The notes below the pieces were generated by a model. It was not told the DNA's origin, ran no database searches, and saw only the letters and a list, made by a program, of their open reading frames with translations. The translations under genes were made by a program, and so were the position numbers. From Chiloscyllium plagiosum (Eukaryota), in NCBI RefSeq assembly GCF_004010195.1, contig NC_057757.1, positions 2,926,156-2,961,198 of the forward strand: 35,043 nt of DNA. Reading direction: 5' to 3'. This document shows positions 33,831 to 35,043 of this stretch, in pieces (the first letter of the stretch is position 1; every line of letters starts with the position of its first letter).

Positions 33831-34789
33831 AAGCCCTCATCTATCTTCTCCATGCCCCAGTGTAATGGGTCATGAGGAAAAGATGGAGGGCTCAGAGTTA
33901 ACCCAATGCCTTAGGTGCTTGGGCTGTAACTAATTGAGTGATTTCCACATCCAATTTGATTTTAATTACAGCAGATTGTGAATACTAATGTACGTGAGCA
34001 CTAACATTTGGGGAGAGTCCGAGAAATCTGATAAATTCTAATTCATTGTCTTCTGGTCACTGATTGGTCAGAACAATAATTTTATTTCAGAATAGACAAC
34101 ATTGCAAATGATTGAATAAATGGCAAGTTACAGACTCGGGGAAATGCACAGTTCAGAAAGAGGCCAACAGCCCACTGAGAGTGTGAGGGCTGTTTGAAAG
34201 GAACAAGTAATTCCACTCTCCTGCTCTCTCCCTATAGTACAGTCAGATTTTCTTCAAGTATTTCTCCAACGCTGGTTTTGAAAGTTATGATTGAATCTGC
34301 CTCTCAGGCCTGTCAGTGCATTCCAAATCACAACAACCTGCCACATTAAAACAAACATTTCTTCAGACTGCCTCTGGGTGTTTCTCCAATCTCCTGAAAC
34401 CTGTCTCCGCTGTCTCTCCTGTCACTGCAAGTAGTTTCCCTTCATTCACTCAATCAAACCCACTCAGCAGTATTCCTGCACTCTGATAGCTTCACCAACA
34501 GCACGCAGTGAGAGGGGGAGAGGGACACAGAGACTGCCTTTAGCTTGGACACTGCTTCTGTGCTGTCTCACATTCTCTATCCAACTCTCTTCCTTTCCAA
34601 CCTTTTTCCACCTTGCTATCTCTTGTTCTCTGCCGAGTGATTTATTCATTTCCTGCCCAAATGCATATCCTCTCTCTGTCTTCACATCCCTCCTGTTACC
34701 ACCAAAACCATCTCCTGTTCTTCTGACCTCAATGTCTCCTTATTGTTCTTTTGATGCTCTCACCATATCCTTTTTATACATCCCATAGT

Positions 34790-35043
34790 GGGGCACTCCC
34801 TCAGCGCTGACCCTCCCACAGTGTGGCACTCCCTCAGCACTGACCCTCCGACAGTGCAGCACTCCCTCAGCGAAGACCCTCCCACATGCGGCACTCCCTC
34901 AGCACTGACCCTCCGACAGTGCGTCACTCCCTCAGCACTGATCCTCTGACAGTGCAGCACTCCCTCAGCACTGACCCTCCGACAGTGCGGCACTCCCTCA
35001 GCACTGACCCTCCGACAGTGCGGCACTCCCTCAGCACTGACCC
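34790..35043 (-). repeat. 33-bp minisatellite, inverted relative to 22709-23441, runs off the window
   Basis: GCACTCCCTCAGCACTGACCCTCCGACAGTGC units. Confidence 0.95.

Overview
Eukaryotic, repeat-dense genomic DNA. The repeat families (CR1/HER1-type LINEs, HE1 V-SINE, Deu-domain SINE, Penelope-like element ends) point to a cartilaginous fish, most likely a shark; this assignment comes from my recall of those families, not from a search. One gene is visible on the + strand: a phase-1 leader exon (2570-2627) spliced to a very GC-rich Ig V-set exon (8186-8581). The domain resembles the B7 family (ICOSL/CD276-like) and has an extra Cys pair. No IgC or transmembrane exon can be identified; they may lie in the 500-N gap. 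The rest is decayed LINE/SINE fragments and five minisatellite families (27, 69, 33, 45, 49 bp units). The most notable hidden structure is a set of short Penelope-like pLTR insertions from at least four families carrying minimal hammerhead-ribozyme motifs. These include a U3-A8 core variant inside a TSD-flanked palindrome and a copy whose 5' end coincides with the predicted self-cleavage site. Repeat boundaries are approximate unless defined by a TSD.
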